64,000 bases of DNA from Bacteroidales bacterium (GTDB lineage Bacteria > Bacteroidota > Bacteroidia > Bacteroidales > UBA12077): positions 4,423-68,422 of the forward strand of contig JANQHE010000071.1 of the NCBI GenBank assembly GCA_028282785.1. The letters run 5' to 3'. The translations under genes were made by a program, and so were the position numbers. Shown piece after piece: positions 28,500 to 38,268 of the stretch. The notes beneath the pieces are model-generated. The model was not told the origin of the DNA. It saw only the letters and a list, made by a program, of their open reading frames with translations, and did not search any database. Every line of letters starts with the position of its first letter. Position 1 is the stretch's first letter.

Positions 28500-28572
28500 T
28501 GACCCAACAGGGGCTCGAACCCTGGACCCCATCCTTAAAAGGGATGTGCTCTACCAGCTGAGCTATTGAGTC
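28500..28572 (-). tRNA. tRNA-Lys (anticodon UUU), copy 2
   Basis: Identical to copy 1 except for one D-loop base (AGCTGGTA vs AGTTGGTA). Confidence 0.9.
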
Positions 28573-28709
28573 AAACGGATTGCAAAAATAAAATCTTTTT
28601 TTCAAAATCAAAAGAAATCAAAAAAAAATGTAATAAATTATATTAAAAAATATTGATCTATCGTTATAACAATTTGTAAATTTCAAGTGACACAACACTT
28701 TATTGATCT

Positions 28710-29528
28710 ATGAAAAATATTCTGCAAGACAAAGTAGTTATCGTAACAGGTGCGTCCTCAGGAATTGGTAAAGCATGTACAGAGGTATTTGCCGAAAAAA
28801 AAGCAAAAGTGGTTTTTTGTGCCAGGAGAATCGAAAGACTAAAAGAAATTGAAACAAGTTTAAATTTAAAAGGTTATGATGTTTCTGCCGTTCAAGTCGA
28901 TGTAACCAAAGAAGAAGAATGTAAGCACCTAATTGATTTTACTTTAGAAAAATATGGAAAAATTGATATATTAATTAATAATGCTGGAATCTCAATGCGC
29001 GCCCTTTTTAAAGATGTTGATTTGGTTGTTATGAAAAAACTAATGGATGTAAATTTTTGGGGTACCGTGTTTTGTACTAAGTTCGCATTAATGCATATAT
29101 TAAAAAATAAAGGTTCGGTTGTCGGAGTCACTTCAATTGCTGGTTTTCATGGATTACCTGGAAGATCAGGTTATTCGGCTTCAAAATTCGCTATGCATGG
29201 TTTTCTGGAAACATTAAGAATTGAGCATTTAAAATCAGGATTGCATGTTTTAATAGCAGCTCCCGGTTTTACTGAATCAGAAATTAGAAAACTGGCTTTA
29301 ATGGCTAATGGTGAACATCAAGGGAATACCCCATTAAATGAACATAAATTAATGTCGGCAAAAACAGTAGCCAATTCAATATTTAGAGGTGTTATAAAAA
29401 GAAAAAGGAATATTATTCTATCATTCGAAGGAAAATTCTCTGTATTATTGCAGCGAATTATTCCAAAATCATTGGATAGAATATTTTATTATTATGTGGC
29501 CAGAGAGCCAGATTCACCTTTTAAATAG
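28710..29528 (+). CDS. SDR-family short-chain dehydrogenase/reductase
   Basis: 272 aa. TGASSGIG cofactor motif, NNAG, catalytic YSASK. Confidence 0.9.
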   Translation: MKNILQDKVVIVTGASSGIGKACTEVFAEKKAKVVFCARRIERLKEIETSLNLKGYDVSAVQVDVTKEEECKHLIDFTLEKYGKIDILINNAGISMRALFKDVDLVVMKKLMDVNFWGTVFCTKFALMHILKNKGSVVGVTSIAGFHGLPGRSGYSASKFAMHGFLETLRIEHLKSGLHVLIAAPGFTESEIRKLALMANGEHQGNTPLNEHKLMSAKTVANSIFRGVIKRKRNIILSFEGKFSVLLQRIIPKSLDRIFYYYVAREPDSPFK

Positions 29529-29535
29529 TTATTTT

Positions 29536-29943
29536 ATGTATACTTCTGAAACAAAAATTCGTGTTCGTTACGGAGAAACTGATAAAATGGGATATGTTTA
29601 TTATGGTGTATATCCGTTATATTACGAGGTAGGGCGAACCGAACTGATGCGAAACTTCAATTATCCTTATAAAAGAATCGAAGATATGGGAATTATGCTT
29701 CCGGTAATTTCTTTAGACATTAAGTATCATCAAGCTGCAAAATATGATGATTTACTGACGATAAAAACTACATTAAAAGAATTACCTTCGGCTCGAATTA
29801 CTTTTCATTACGAAGTTTTAAATGAAGATAATGTATTGTTAAATGAAGGTTCTACAACCCTTGTATTTGTTGATGAACAAACGAGAAGACCAAAGAGAGT
29901 TCCAAAAGAATTATTAGAACAGTTACAAACGTATTTTAATTAG
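29536..29943 (+). CDS. Acyl-CoA thioesterase, hotdog fold (YbgC/4HBT type)
   Basis: ATG at 29536 (MYTSETKIRVRYGETDKMGYVYYGVY...). The RYGETD-x-MG-x-VY motif is typical of YbgC-like thioesterases. The upstream part of the track ORF overlaps the SDR gene. Confidence 0.8.
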   Translation: MYTSETKIRVRYGETDKMGYVYYGVYPLYYEVGRTELMRNFNYPYKRIEDMGIMLPVISLDIKYHQAAKYDDLLTIKTTLKELPSARITFHYEVLNEDNVLLNEGSTTLVFVDEQTRRPKRVPKELLEQLQTYFN

Positions 29944-29968
29944 TAAAAGTACTCAAGTTATTGATATT

Positions 29969-29995
29969 AGGGCATTGTATTGATGCCCTTTTTTA
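29969..29995 (+). terminator. Rho-independent terminator
   Basis: AGGGCAT-TGTATTG-ATGCCCT followed by TTTTTT. Confidence 0.75.
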
Positions 29996-30020
29996 TTATT
30001 AAATTTTCTAAGTACTGTTT

Positions 30021-30046
30021 TGTAATGAATGGATTTTAAGTTCGTC
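30021..30046 (+). promoter_or_regulatory. ECF-type promoter candidate TGTAAT-N16-CGTC
   Basis: ~60 nt upstream of the first DUF4252 gene. Same layout as the classical TGTAAC/TGAAAC-N16-17-CGxx ECF promoters. Confidence 0.35.
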
Positions 30047-30106
30047 TTGTATATAAATTGAGCTCAAAAACTATAATTAAAATTGTAACCTTAAACCAAA
30101 AAAGTT

Positions 30107-30613
30107 ATGAAAAAGTTAGTAATAATATTAGTTTTAAGTATTGTTCCGTTCTTTATAAACGCTCAGGATTTTGTTGATGATATGATCGATAAATATCAGG
30201 ATAAAAAAGGATTTACAACTGTTGTAATAAACAGTGCTTTATTTGATATTGCCGCACAGATAGATGATGATGAGGATCTCCAAAAAATGAAAGGCATGAT
30301 AGATAATATAAGGATTATTGCAATGGAAGATCACTATATTTCTGATGTGAATTTTTTCGATGAAATGAAATCGCAGGTTGATACTAAGGCATATGTGGAG
30401 TTAATGACAGTAAAAGAACATGATAATGATGTCATATTTTACGTAAAATACGCTGGTGAAAACATCCGGGAACTACTTCTTGTTGCAGGTGGGCATGATG
30501 ATAATGCAATTATTAGTATTAAAGGTAATATTAATTTAAAAGATTTAGCTTCTTTATCGGAATCTGTTCATATCAAAGGATTCAAATATCTGGATGAACT
30601 GGAATATCATTAA
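30107..30613 (+). CDS. DUF4252-family exported protein
   Basis: 168 aa. Signal peptide. KGFTTVVINSALFD...IRIIAMED...LLLVAGGHDDNAIISIKGNINLKDL pattern shared with the two paralogs at 31760 and 32294. Confidence 0.7.
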   Translation: MKKLVIILVLSIVPFFINAQDFVDDMIDKYQDKKGFTTVVINSALFDIAAQIDDDEDLQKMKGMIDNIRIIAMEDHYISDVNFFDEMKSQVDTKAYVELMTVKEHDNDVIFYVKYAGENIRELLLVAGGHDDNAIISIKGNINLKDLASLSESVHIKGFKYLDELEYH

Positions 30614-30683
30614 AAGAAAGGGAGATATTAACTCCCTTTCTCGAAATTAATTTGTAATTTTCATGGTCTCGAATTGTGGATAA

Positions 30684-31229
30684 ATGACATCTGAATCTTT
30701 TAAAGAAAATATATTACCTCTTAATAGAAAGTTACTTGGTTTCGCCAATCGATTTATGCAAAATATGGACGATGCCAAAGATATTGTGCAGGAGATATAT
30801 GTTAAACTCTGGAAGATGCGTGAGGAACTCGATAAATATAATAGTGTTGAAGCTTTAGCTATGAGAATGACACGGAATTTATGTCTTGATAGAATAAAAC
30901 TTAAAAAGACAGTTAAAATCAATGGGACTATAAAAGAAGAGTCAGAAGAAAAAAATATTGTAAATGAAAGGCAAGAGGAGATTAAAATTGCAGTTTCCAG
31001 AGCTAAATATGCTATGGGCACACTTGCCGAACCACAAAAGACAATTATGCACCTTCGCGATATTGAAGGATATGATTATGAGGAGATTGCTCAAATTTTA
31101 AATATGAATGTAAATACAATTCGTGTAAGTTTATCAAGAGCTAGAAAAAAAGTACGGGAAATTTTATTAACTAAATATTATAGCCATGGATCTGAAAAGA
31201 ATAAAAGTGCTCTTAGAGAAATACTATAA
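30684..31229 (+). CDS. ECF-type RNA polymerase sigma-70 factor
   Basis: 181 aa. Region 2 DDAKDIVQEIYVKLWKM...ALAMRMTRNLCLDRIK. Region 4 IMHLRDIEGYDYEEIAQILNMNVNTIRVSLSRARKKV. Confidence 0.85.
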   Translation: MTSESFKENILPLNRKLLGFANRFMQNMDDAKDIVQEIYVKLWKMREELDKYNSVEALAMRMTRNLCLDRIKLKKTVKINGTIKEESEEKNIVNERQEEIKIAVSRAKYAMGTLAEPQKTIMHLRDIEGYDYEEIAQILNMNVNTIRVSLSRARKKVREILLTKYYSHGSEKNKSALREIL

Positions 31230-31755
31230 AGGCGAAACAAGTCTGGAGGAAGAGAAAATTCTAAGGGAATATTTCAGTAAAGAAGATGTAGGTCCTGAAT
31301 TTATTTCGGATAGAGATATTTTTATGCATCAGGTTCAGGAAAATGAAAATATAGGTAATATCCCGGATATTTCAGATGAGATTTGGAAGTCGTTAAGTTC
31401 TCCTGAAGAATATAAAGAGAAGAAAAACAGTAAATTAACTTATCTTTTCTTGAGAATTGCAGCGGGCATACTTATTTTAGTTGGATCATATTACATTTTA
31501 GGTGATCAGGTTTTAAATACGGACCAAAATGTTGCTGATACTTTTAGCGAACCGGAAATGGCTTATGAACAAGCGAAAGAAACCCTTTTATATGTATCTG
31601 CATTACTTAATAATGGTACTGACCACCTTGAGCCAATACATAAAATTAATGAAGGAACTCAAAAATTAAATACAATATCAAGGTTAAATGATGGTATAAA
31701 AAAACTTGAACCAATAAAAAAATATACTAAAGCAGATAAATATTTTAAACAATAA
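31186..31755 (+). CDS. Putative anti-sigma factor / membrane protein of the DUF4252 cluster
   Basis: 189 aa. One TM helix (LFLRIAAGILILVGSYYIL). Overlaps the sigma gene by 44 nt. The function is assigned from position only. Confidence 0.45.
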   Translation: MDLKRIKVLLEKYYKGETSLEEEKILREYFSKEDVGPEFISDRDIFMHQVQENENIGNIPDISDEIWKSLSSPEEYKEKKNSKLTYLFLRIAAGILILVGSYYILGDQVLNTDQNVADTFSEPEMAYEQAKETLLYVSALLNNGTDHLEPIHKINEGTQKLNTISRLNDGIKKLEPIKKYTKADKYFKQ

Positions 31756-31759
31756 AACC

Positions 31760-32269
31760 ATGAAAAAATTACTATTTAGTCTTTTCGTAATAACATTACC
31801 TTTGGCTCTTAACGCTCAAAATACCCCTGTTGATGAGCTCTTTGAAAAATATAGCGGAAAAGAAGGATTTACATCGGTTTATATTACAAGTTACATGTTT
31901 AGCATGTTTGCCGATATTGAAACCAGTGATCCTGAATTTGATGACTTAATGAAAAATCTAACAGGTATTAAAATCCTGGCAACAGATGACTCATATAACG
32001 GAAGTGCAAATTTTTATAAGGAAATAATTGATAAACTTCCCATGTCAAAATACAAGGAGTTAATGGTAATAAAGGAAAAAGATCAGGACGTAAAATTCCT
32101 TATTAATGAAAAAGATGGAAAAATAATTGAATTGCTTTTAATTGCAGGAGGTAAAGATGATAACGCCTTAATTAGCATTCAAGGTAATATTGATTTGAAG
32201 AATATTTCAAAGTTATCTAAATCAATGCAAATTGATGGTTTAAAACACCTTGAAGAAATTGATAAGTAG
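31760..32269 (+). CDS. DUF4252-family exported protein
   Basis: 169 aa. A clear paralog of 30107..30613 (EGFTSVYITSYMFSM...IKILATDD...LLLIAGGKDDNALISIQGNIDLKNI). Confidence 0.7.
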   Translation: MKKLLFSLFVITLPLALNAQNTPVDELFEKYSGKEGFTSVYITSYMFSMFADIETSDPEFDDLMKNLTGIKILATDDSYNGSANFYKEIIDKLPMSKYKELMVIKEKDQDVKFLINEKDGKIIELLLIAGGKDDNALISIQGNIDLKNISKLSKSMQIDGLKHLEEIDK

Positions 32270-32293
32270 TTTGTTTATTAAATAGATTGAAGT

Positions 32294-32818
32294 ATGAAAA
32301 AAATATTTTTAGCTATTATTTTTATTTCACTAATAGGTCAATATTCATGTATAATTGACCAGGATAAATATAAAGAAACTGAGATATTCGAGGAGTTTGA
32401 AACACAAAAAGGATTTCTTATCCTTCATTTACCTCCGGTATTATTCAAGGTAGTTATGTCTTTATCTGATGAAGACAGAATAGAGGCAAAAGAAATTCTT
32501 GATAAAATTGACTTAATTAAAGTTTTATTTTTTCAGGAAAGTGAAAATACCAACCTTACGGTTTCAGAATTAAAATCTAAAATTCATGAGAATATAAAAG
32601 GATATGAATATAACCTTTTAACCAGGATTGCAGAAAAAGACACTGATATTTCAATTTATATAATTGATAAAGAAGATGTTATACATGAAGTGTTGGTTTT
32701 AATGGAATCTGATGATGAATATGTTGGATTTAACCTTGTTGGTAAGCTAACAAAAGAGGAGGTTTTTAAAGTTTATAAAATGATCAATACGGAAAATATC
32801 CAAAATATTGAAAACTAA
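32294..32818 (+). CDS. DUF4252-like exported protein (divergent paralog)
   Basis: 174 aa. Signal/lipobox-like N-terminus. KGFLILHLPPVLF...IDLIKVLFF...VLVLMESDDEYVGFNLVGKL follows the same pattern. Confidence 0.55.
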   Translation: MKKIFLAIIFISLIGQYSCIIDQDKYKETEIFEEFETQKGFLILHLPPVLFKVVMSLSDEDRIEAKEILDKIDLIKVLFFQESENTNLTVSELKSKIHENIKGYEYNLLTRIAEKDTDISIYIIDKEDVIHEVLVLMESDDEYVGFNLVGKLTKEEVFKVYKMINTENIQNIEN

Positions 32819-32847
32819 TAATTTGTTAATATCATCTGAACTATAGG

Positions 32848-32875
32848 GCGGTAGGGGCATACCGCTCTTTTTTTA
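32848..32875 (+). terminator. Rho-independent terminator
   Basis: GCGGTA-GGGGCA-TACCGC followed by TCTTTTTTT. Confidence 0.7.
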
Positions 32876-32904
32876 TTTGGCATGATACTTGTTCAAAGCA
32901 AATA

Positions 32905-32930
32905 TGAAACGAAAACTACAAGTACGCGTA
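32905..32930 (+). promoter_or_regulatory. ECF-type promoter candidate TGAAAC-N16-CGTA
   Basis: An exact match to the classical TGAAAC-N16-CGTA ECF layout. It lies ~110 nt upstream of the acidic lipoprotein gene and directly after the ECF/DUF4252 operon terminator. Confidence 0.45.
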
Positions 32931-33040
32931 TAAAATCTTAGTTTTAAAAAATTATTAACAACGAAACCTTTTACAACTTTTTAACATCTTATTAAAAAAA
33001 TGAAAACAATTTTTACTAATACTAACCAAAACAATAAACT

Positions 33041-34177
33041 ATGACAAACATGAAGAAACTCATTACTATGATGTTAATGTTAGCATCAGTATTCTTTTTT
33101 GCTTGTTCTGAAGACGAAGAAGATAAACTGTCTAAAGAAGAAGCTAAAACTGAAATTACGCAGTTAGGTACTGACGTATCTGATAAATTTACCGAGATGC
33201 AAGAGTCTGATGGTATGGTAGCAATGGATGCTTTAATGAGCTTAGATTATCCATTCTCAGACAATAAATCCAACAAAGAATCGGCGGTTTTAAAGAATAT
33301 TCAAAAGTATTTATTACCATACAATTATGTAGGTGAGAATAATTTAAAATCTGCTTCTGAAGATGAAATATTCGATTTTGACAGGTGGGTTGGAACCTAT
33401 ACCTGGAATAACACGGTGGGAGCTTGGGATCCGGATTATGGCACCCCTGATGATAAAATAATCATTATTTTCCCTGCTGATACTGCAGATATGGATAATA
33501 ACAACGCAACATTAACTATTAGTAATTACTCCGAAATTACAATAGATGAAGAACTTTATCCTGAATCTATTGATGTGGAACTTACCGTAAATGAAATTAA
33601 GGTAATTGATATTGATGTTGACGCTGAATGGTTCGAAACAGGCGATCATATGGGTGAACCAACTTCACTTGATGTAAGTGTTTATTTAATTCCATTTGAA
33701 TTTACAGGAAGCTTTACTCATACTAGTACTGAAGCTGGTATTGATGTATCTATTCTTTATGATAGCGCAGAATTCTTCGCGGTTGGTCTTGGAGCAGACT
33801 GGGCAAGTGAAGATGATTCGATTCCTTCTAATATTAATGGATATATTTCATTCTTTAACGTTAAATTCCAGGCTGATGTTGATTTAGCTGATATTATTGA
33901 TTTAATGTTAAATACTCCGGATAATATTACAACTCAGGATGAGTTAATTGAAGCTGTTAATAATGAAATCGATGCGTATGTATCTGTTGACGGTACATGG
34001 GCAGCAGATATTGAAATTACATTATTAGAGTCTACGGATGAAGACGGAGAAATGTTCGATATACTATTTGTATATGCTGATGGTACTTCAGAATCTGCAA
34101 TTCCGTACTTTGAAGAGTTAGGGGAAGAATTAGAAGAATTCTTTGGTGAATTGGAAGAGTACTATGATAGCTGGTAA
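33041..34177 (+). CDS. Highly acidic lipoprotein of unknown function
   Basis: 378 aa. Lipobox ...SVFFFACSEDEED (alternative ATG at 33050). D/E-rich throughout. No recognisable catalytic motif. Confidence 0.5.
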   Translation: MTNMKKLITMMLMLASVFFFACSEDEEDKLSKEEAKTEITQLGTDVSDKFTEMQESDGMVAMDALMSLDYPFSDNKSNKESAVLKNIQKYLLPYNYVGENNLKSASEDEIFDFDRWVGTYTWNNTVGAWDPDYGTPDDKIIIIFPADTADMDNNNATLTISNYSEITIDEELYPESIDVELTVNEIKVIDIDVDAEWFETGDHMGEPTSLDVSVYLIPFEFTGSFTHTSTEAGIDVSILYDSAEFFAVGLGADWASEDDSIPSNINGYISFFNVKFQADVDLADIIDLMLNTPDNITTQDELIEAVNNEIDAYVSVDGTWAADIEITLLESTDEDGEMFDILFVYADGTSESAIPYFEELGEELEEFFGELEEYYDSW

Positions 34178-34200
34178 AAATAATTATCATCATATTATAT

Positions 34201-34226
34201 AAGGAGCCTTTTAGGCTCCTTTTTTA
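34201..34226. terminator. Terminator hairpin between convergent genes
   Basis: AGGAGCC-TTTTA-GGCTCCT followed by TTTTTT. Confidence 0.7.
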
Positions 34227-35492
34227 TGATTTAAATAACTCCAATACCGTTATTTCCGGTGGCATTCCAACTCTTCCGGGGAACCCAATGTAACCAAAAC
34301 CACGGTTAACATATAAATATTGATCTTTCTCTTTATAAACCCCTGCCCAACGTGGATATTTATATTTTACAGGACTCCATTTTATATTTCCAATTTCAAC
34401 TCCAAACTGCATTCCATGGGTATGTCCTGATAAGGTAATATCAATATTGGTTTTATCTATAACTTCGGCGTCCCAGTGTGAAGGGTCATGTGATAAAAGA
34501 ATTTTAAACGGTAAATCCGAAGAGCCGTTCATTGCAATTTTCAAATTTCCGTATTGAGGAAAAGGAGGCAGGCCCCAATTTTCAACTCCAATTAATCCTA
34601 TTTTTTGATTCTTTACAACCACATGTTGGGTTTCATTTAATAACAATCTAAATCCCATTTCTTTATGAGCTTGTTTTACCTTTTCCAGGTTTTGGGCTTT
34701 TTCAACCTCATTTTTCCACTCAAAGTAATCACCATAGTCATGATTACCTAAAATAGAGTATTTGCCATATTTCGCTTCTAATTTACTTAATATGGGTATC
34801 CAACCATCCAATTCTTCAGCAAAATTGTTAACTAAATCTCCCGTAAATAGGATCAAATCAGGATTTTGTTCATTTATTAATTCAATTCCTCTATTAACCT
34901 GGTCCTCATGGCCCAAAAAACTACCAATATGTATATCAGATATTTGTACTATTTTAAGCCCATGAAATGCTTCCGGCAAATTTTTAAACAAAAGCTTTTC
35001 ATTTACTAATCTAAAATTGAACCTTCCTTTTGCCATCCCGTAAATTATGGAGGTAAAAGGTATGGCAGCCACAACAAGACCTAACTGAGATAAAAACTTA
35101 GCCCTTGAAATTCCATTTGAATTAACTTTTAAAACTTCAGATTCACCGGAAAGTTTAGCGATCAATACCTTGGAAACATGTATTATATCTTCTACCAAAT
35201 GAAAAGCAATAAAGATAAGTTTAGGGAAATAAAATAGGACGAAAAACCCTGCCAACATAAAGAAGTTTTTAAATATATGTGGTTCTCTTTCTAATGGTTG
35301 TAATGTTCTTAGATAATATAAATATGTGAGCATTATTACCGGTACTACCCAATAAACAAAATATACAACATGTTTAAATATATTTGAATCTATATTATTG
35401 GAAACCAATTTAATCCCTTTAAAAGAGTAGAGGTCAACCAAAAGAATAAAAACCGTAATAAATATTAAAAACATAACAAATCGTTCCTTCAT
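34224..35492 (-). CDS. Membrane-anchored metallophosphoesterase (calcineurin-like)
   Basis: 422 aa. ~5 N-terminal TM helices, then SDIHIG, GDLVN, GNHD and GHTHG phosphoesterase motifs. Confidence 0.85.
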   Translation of the reverse strand: MKERFVMFLIFITVFILLVDLYSFKGIKLVSNNIDSNIFKHVVYFVYWVVPVIMLTYLYYLRTLQPLEREPHIFKNFFMLAGFFVLFYFPKLIFIAFHLVEDIIHVSKVLIAKLSGESEVLKVNSNGISRAKFLSQLGLVVAAIPFTSIIYGMAKGRFNFRLVNEKLLFKNLPEAFHGLKIVQISDIHIGSFLGHEDQVNRGIELINEQNPDLILFTGDLVNNFAEELDGWIPILSKLEAKYGKYSILGNHDYGDYFEWKNEVEKAQNLEKVKQAHKEMGFRLLLNETQHVVVKNQKIGLIGVENWGLPPFPQYGNLKIAMNGSSDLPFKILLSHDPSHWDAEVIDKTNIDITLSGHTHGMQFGVEIGNIKWSPVKYKYPRWAGVYKEKDQYLYVNRGFGYIGFPGRVGMPPEITVLELFKS

Positions 35493-35690
35493 TATTTTAC
35501 AATTTTAATCCAACGTAAAATTGCATAATTAATTATAATTTTATAAGCTATATAGCGTGAACTGCTCAAATTTAAACATGAACATGTAATAAACGTGTGT
35601 GCAGTTTATTTGTTTAGTTTTGCTATGGTTTCATTATACAATTGTTCTAAACTTTAATTAATAATTAGATATTAAATAAACGATTTAAGT

Positions 35691-36089
35691 GTGTTTGATA
35701 AAGGCAAGGTAATTAAAGAGGTAAAATATAAAACTACACGAAGTAGCGGGAGTGGAGGTCAAAATGTAAACAAAGTATCAACTAAAGTTGAATTACGTTT
35801 TGATGTTGTAAATTCTTTGGTTTTAACAGAAGCTCAAAAAAGTGTAATATTTACAAAATTAAAAAACAGGATTTCTTCAGAAGGGGTATTAATTATTACC
35901 TCAGATTCGGAAAGAACTCAGCTCCGTAATAAGAAAAAGGTTCGTGAGTTATTTTTGGCATTACTAGAACAATCTTTTCGTAAACCTAAAAACAGGATAA
36001 AAACTAAACCTACAAAGACTTCCAGGGAAAAGCGATTAAAAGAAAAGAAAATTAAGTCTGAAAAGAAAAAAATGAGAAAAATCGACTAA
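35691..36089 (+). CDS. arfB: Alternative ribosome-rescue peptidyl-tRNA hydrolase ArfB
   Basis: 132 aa (GTG start). GGQ motif in SSGSGGQNVNKVSTKVELRF and a lysine/arginine-rich C-terminal tail. Confidence 0.85.
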   Translation: MFDKGKVIKEVKYKTTRSSGSGGQNVNKVSTKVELRFDVVNSLVLTEAQKSVIFTKLKNRISSEGVLIITSDSERTQLRNKKKVRELFLALLEQSFRKPKNRIKTKPTKTSREKRLKEKKIKSEKKKMRKID

Positions 36090-36093
36090 CTAT

Positions 36094-36876
36094 TTATTTT
36101 TTCAATTTTGATATTTCTTCTTTCATTTCAAGGATCATATCGTGTAATTTGTTTACAGACAGATTATTATCTACTTCCGGCAGATTAAAACTAATAAATC
36201 CTAAAGCGCTCCATATTTCATGAATATCTTCGGTTTTTAGGCTATAGTCCTGATATTCCTTATTGTCTGAGCTTAGAATAATCTCATTGGATTCGTTGAT
36301 TTTATTGAATAAACGTTTATATACGATTCCATCATCTTTAGATATCACTATATAAGTTTTTCCGTCCGATATTTCTTCCCAGTTTAAAAGATACTGGCAT
36401 ATAATATAAGAACCGGACTTAATTGGTTCCATACTATCTCCCTTAATTTGGAAAACACGGTATGATCTTTCCTGGCTTAATTCAATTAAAGGAAGCGAAA
36501 AATGCGGTAATTCCCCAATATAATCAGGATCTGAATATCCAACGGTATATCCTGCGGATGCTTGTATAGGAACAGTTGTGATTAACTCATTATTTTTTTC
36601 ATTAACAGTTGTACTTAATATCCTAAGATTTCCTCCTTTTACATCCTTATCTCTTGATAATTCAGGTGTTTCCCAAAGTTTTAATTTAGCAATATCATCT
36701 ATTGAAATATTAAAAAAATATGCTAAATCTTTTAATACAGATAATTTGGGAGTGGCCCTGTTTTCTTCGTAAGATCCTATCATTGCTCTGTTAACTCCAA
36801 TATTTTTAGCAAGCTCGTCCTGGGTTAAACCTTTTTGTTTTCTCAGATACTTAATATTTGAACCAATTACTTCCAT
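36094..36876 (-). CDS. S24-peptidase repressor with phage-CI/XRE-type HTH (non-canonical LexA-type SOS regulator candidate)
   Basis: 260 aa. N-terminal HTH LRKQKGLTQDELAKNIGVNRAMIGSYEENRATP. C-terminal S24 catalytic Ser in IKGDSMEPI and Lys in VYKRL. Divergent from a DNA-repair radical SAM pair. Confidence 0.75.
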   Translation of the reverse strand: MEVIGSNIKYLRKQKGLTQDELAKNIGVNRAMIGSYEENRATPKLSVLKDLAYFFNISIDDIAKLKLWETPELSRDKDVKGGNLRILSTTVNEKNNELITTVPIQASAGYTVGYSDPDYIGELPHFSLPLIELSQERSYRVFQIKGDSMEPIKSGSYIICQYLLNWEEISDGKTYIVISKDDGIVYKRLFNKINESNEIILSSDNKEYQDYSLKTEDIHEIWSALGFISFNLPEVDNNLSVNKLHDMILEMKEEISKLKK

Positions 36877-36922
36877 ATCAACTTTATTAAATTATTGCTA
36901 AGATAATAAAAAAACCAAACAA

Positions 36923-36969
36923 ATTAGACTGAATGCAAAAATAATTAGTATATTTGCTAATAATATTAG
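36923..36969. promoter_or_regulatory. Three ATTAG motifs phased at 21 bp, overlapping back-to-back -7 boxes
   Basis: ATTAG at 36923, 36944 and 36965. The dyad ATTAGTA-N4-TGCTAAT spans 36944-36961. The plus-strand -7 box TATATTTG is at 36949-36956 and the minus-strand -7 box TATTTTTG is at 36936-36943. Confidence 0.45.
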
Positions 36970-36983
36970 TTTAAATTAAATTG

Positions 36984-38255
36984 ATGAAAGAAGAAACTGC
37001 CAATAAGCTAAAAATTTTAGTAGGTGCCGCAAAATATGACGTATCATGTGCATCAAGCGGAAGTAATCGCCCAAATAAAGGTAAGGGACTTGGAAACACT
37101 GCACCATGGGGAATCTGTCATAGTTTCACCGAAGATGGCCGATGTATTTCATTAATAAAGCTAATGTTAACAAACTATTGTATTTATGATTGTGCTTATT
37201 GTGCCAATAGAAACAGTAATGATATCCCAAGAAGTACATTTACTGTTAAGGAGGTTGCAGATTTAACAATTGAATTTTACCGGAGAAATTACATAGAAGG
37301 ATTATTTTTAAGTTCGGGAGTAATCAAAAACCCTGATTATACCATGGAAAGAATGGTTCGTGTTGCAAAGGAATTAAGAAACAGGAATTACAATGGTTAT
37401 ATTCATTTAAAATCAATTCCCGGTGCAAGTGAAGAACTACAGCAATTAGCTGGAATGTATGCTGATCGATTAAGTGTAAATATTGAAATTGCGACTGAAC
37501 CTAACCTGAAGATGCTGGCTCCTGAAAAAAACTTTAAGAGCATCTTAAATCCAATGAAATTTATCAGGAACAAAATCATTGAGAATAAAGAAGAAAGAAG
37601 GAAGTTTAAACATGCTCCAAGGTTTTCACCTGCAGGACAAAGTACTCAATTGATCATAGGAGCTACTCCGGATAATGATAAACATATTTTAACTTTGGCA
37701 GGAGGATTATATAACTCCAAAAATCTTAAAAGGGTATACTATTCAGGGTTTATACCTGTAAATGATTATGACAAAAGACTTCCGGCTCTTCAAGAACCAC
37801 CATTAAAAAGGGAAAACAGGCTATATCAGGCAGATTGGTTGTTTCGGTTTTACGGATTTTCTATTAACGAAATAGTTAATGATGATCATCCCGATCTTGA
37901 CCTGGAAATTGATCCGAAATTAAGTTATGCTTTACGAAATCCGTGGCTTTTTCCGATTGATATTAACAAAGCAAGTTATGAAACGATATTAAGGGTACCG
38001 GGAATTGGAGTTTTATCTGCTAAAAAAATACTTTTGGCAAGAAGGTATAAAAGTTTAGATATTAATAACTTAAAAAAGATAGGAGTGGTGCTTAAAAGAG
38101 CAAAATACTTTATTACCTGTAAAGAATTGAAGGAACCTACTATAAATGAACTTAAACCGGAAGGTGTTCGTGGTATTTTGTTACATCACGAAAAACCTAA
38201 GCTTAGTAATTATGTAACTCAACACAAGCAACTAAGCTTATTTTCAACAAACTAA
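36984..38255 (+). CDS. Putative DNA modification/repair radical SAM protein (TIGR03916-like)
   Basis: ~423 aa. CxxxCxxC cluster CIYDCAYCANR. Additional N-terminal Cys (VSCASSG...GICHSF). C-terminal helix-hairpin-helix-like RVPGIGVLSAKKIL. Confidence 0.8.
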   Translation: MKEETANKLKILVGAAKYDVSCASSGSNRPNKGKGLGNTAPWGICHSFTEDGRCISLIKLMLTNYCIYDCAYCANRNSNDIPRSTFTVKEVADLTIEFYRRNYIEGLFLSSGVIKNPDYTMERMVRVAKELRNRNYNGYIHLKSIPGASEELQQLAGMYADRLSVNIEIATEPNLKMLAPEKNFKSILNPMKFIRNKIIENKEERRKFKHAPRFSPAGQSTQLIIGATPDNDKHILTLAGGLYNSKNLKRVYYSGFIPVNDYDKRLPALQEPPLKRENRLYQADWLFRFYGFSINEIVNDDHPDLDLEIDPKLSYALRNPWLFPIDINKASYETILRVPGIGVLSAKKILLARRYKSLDINNLKKIGVVLKRAKYFITCKELKEPTINELKPEGVRGILLHHEKPKLSNYVTQHKQLSLFSTN

Positions 38256-38268
38256 AACTAAATTGGCT

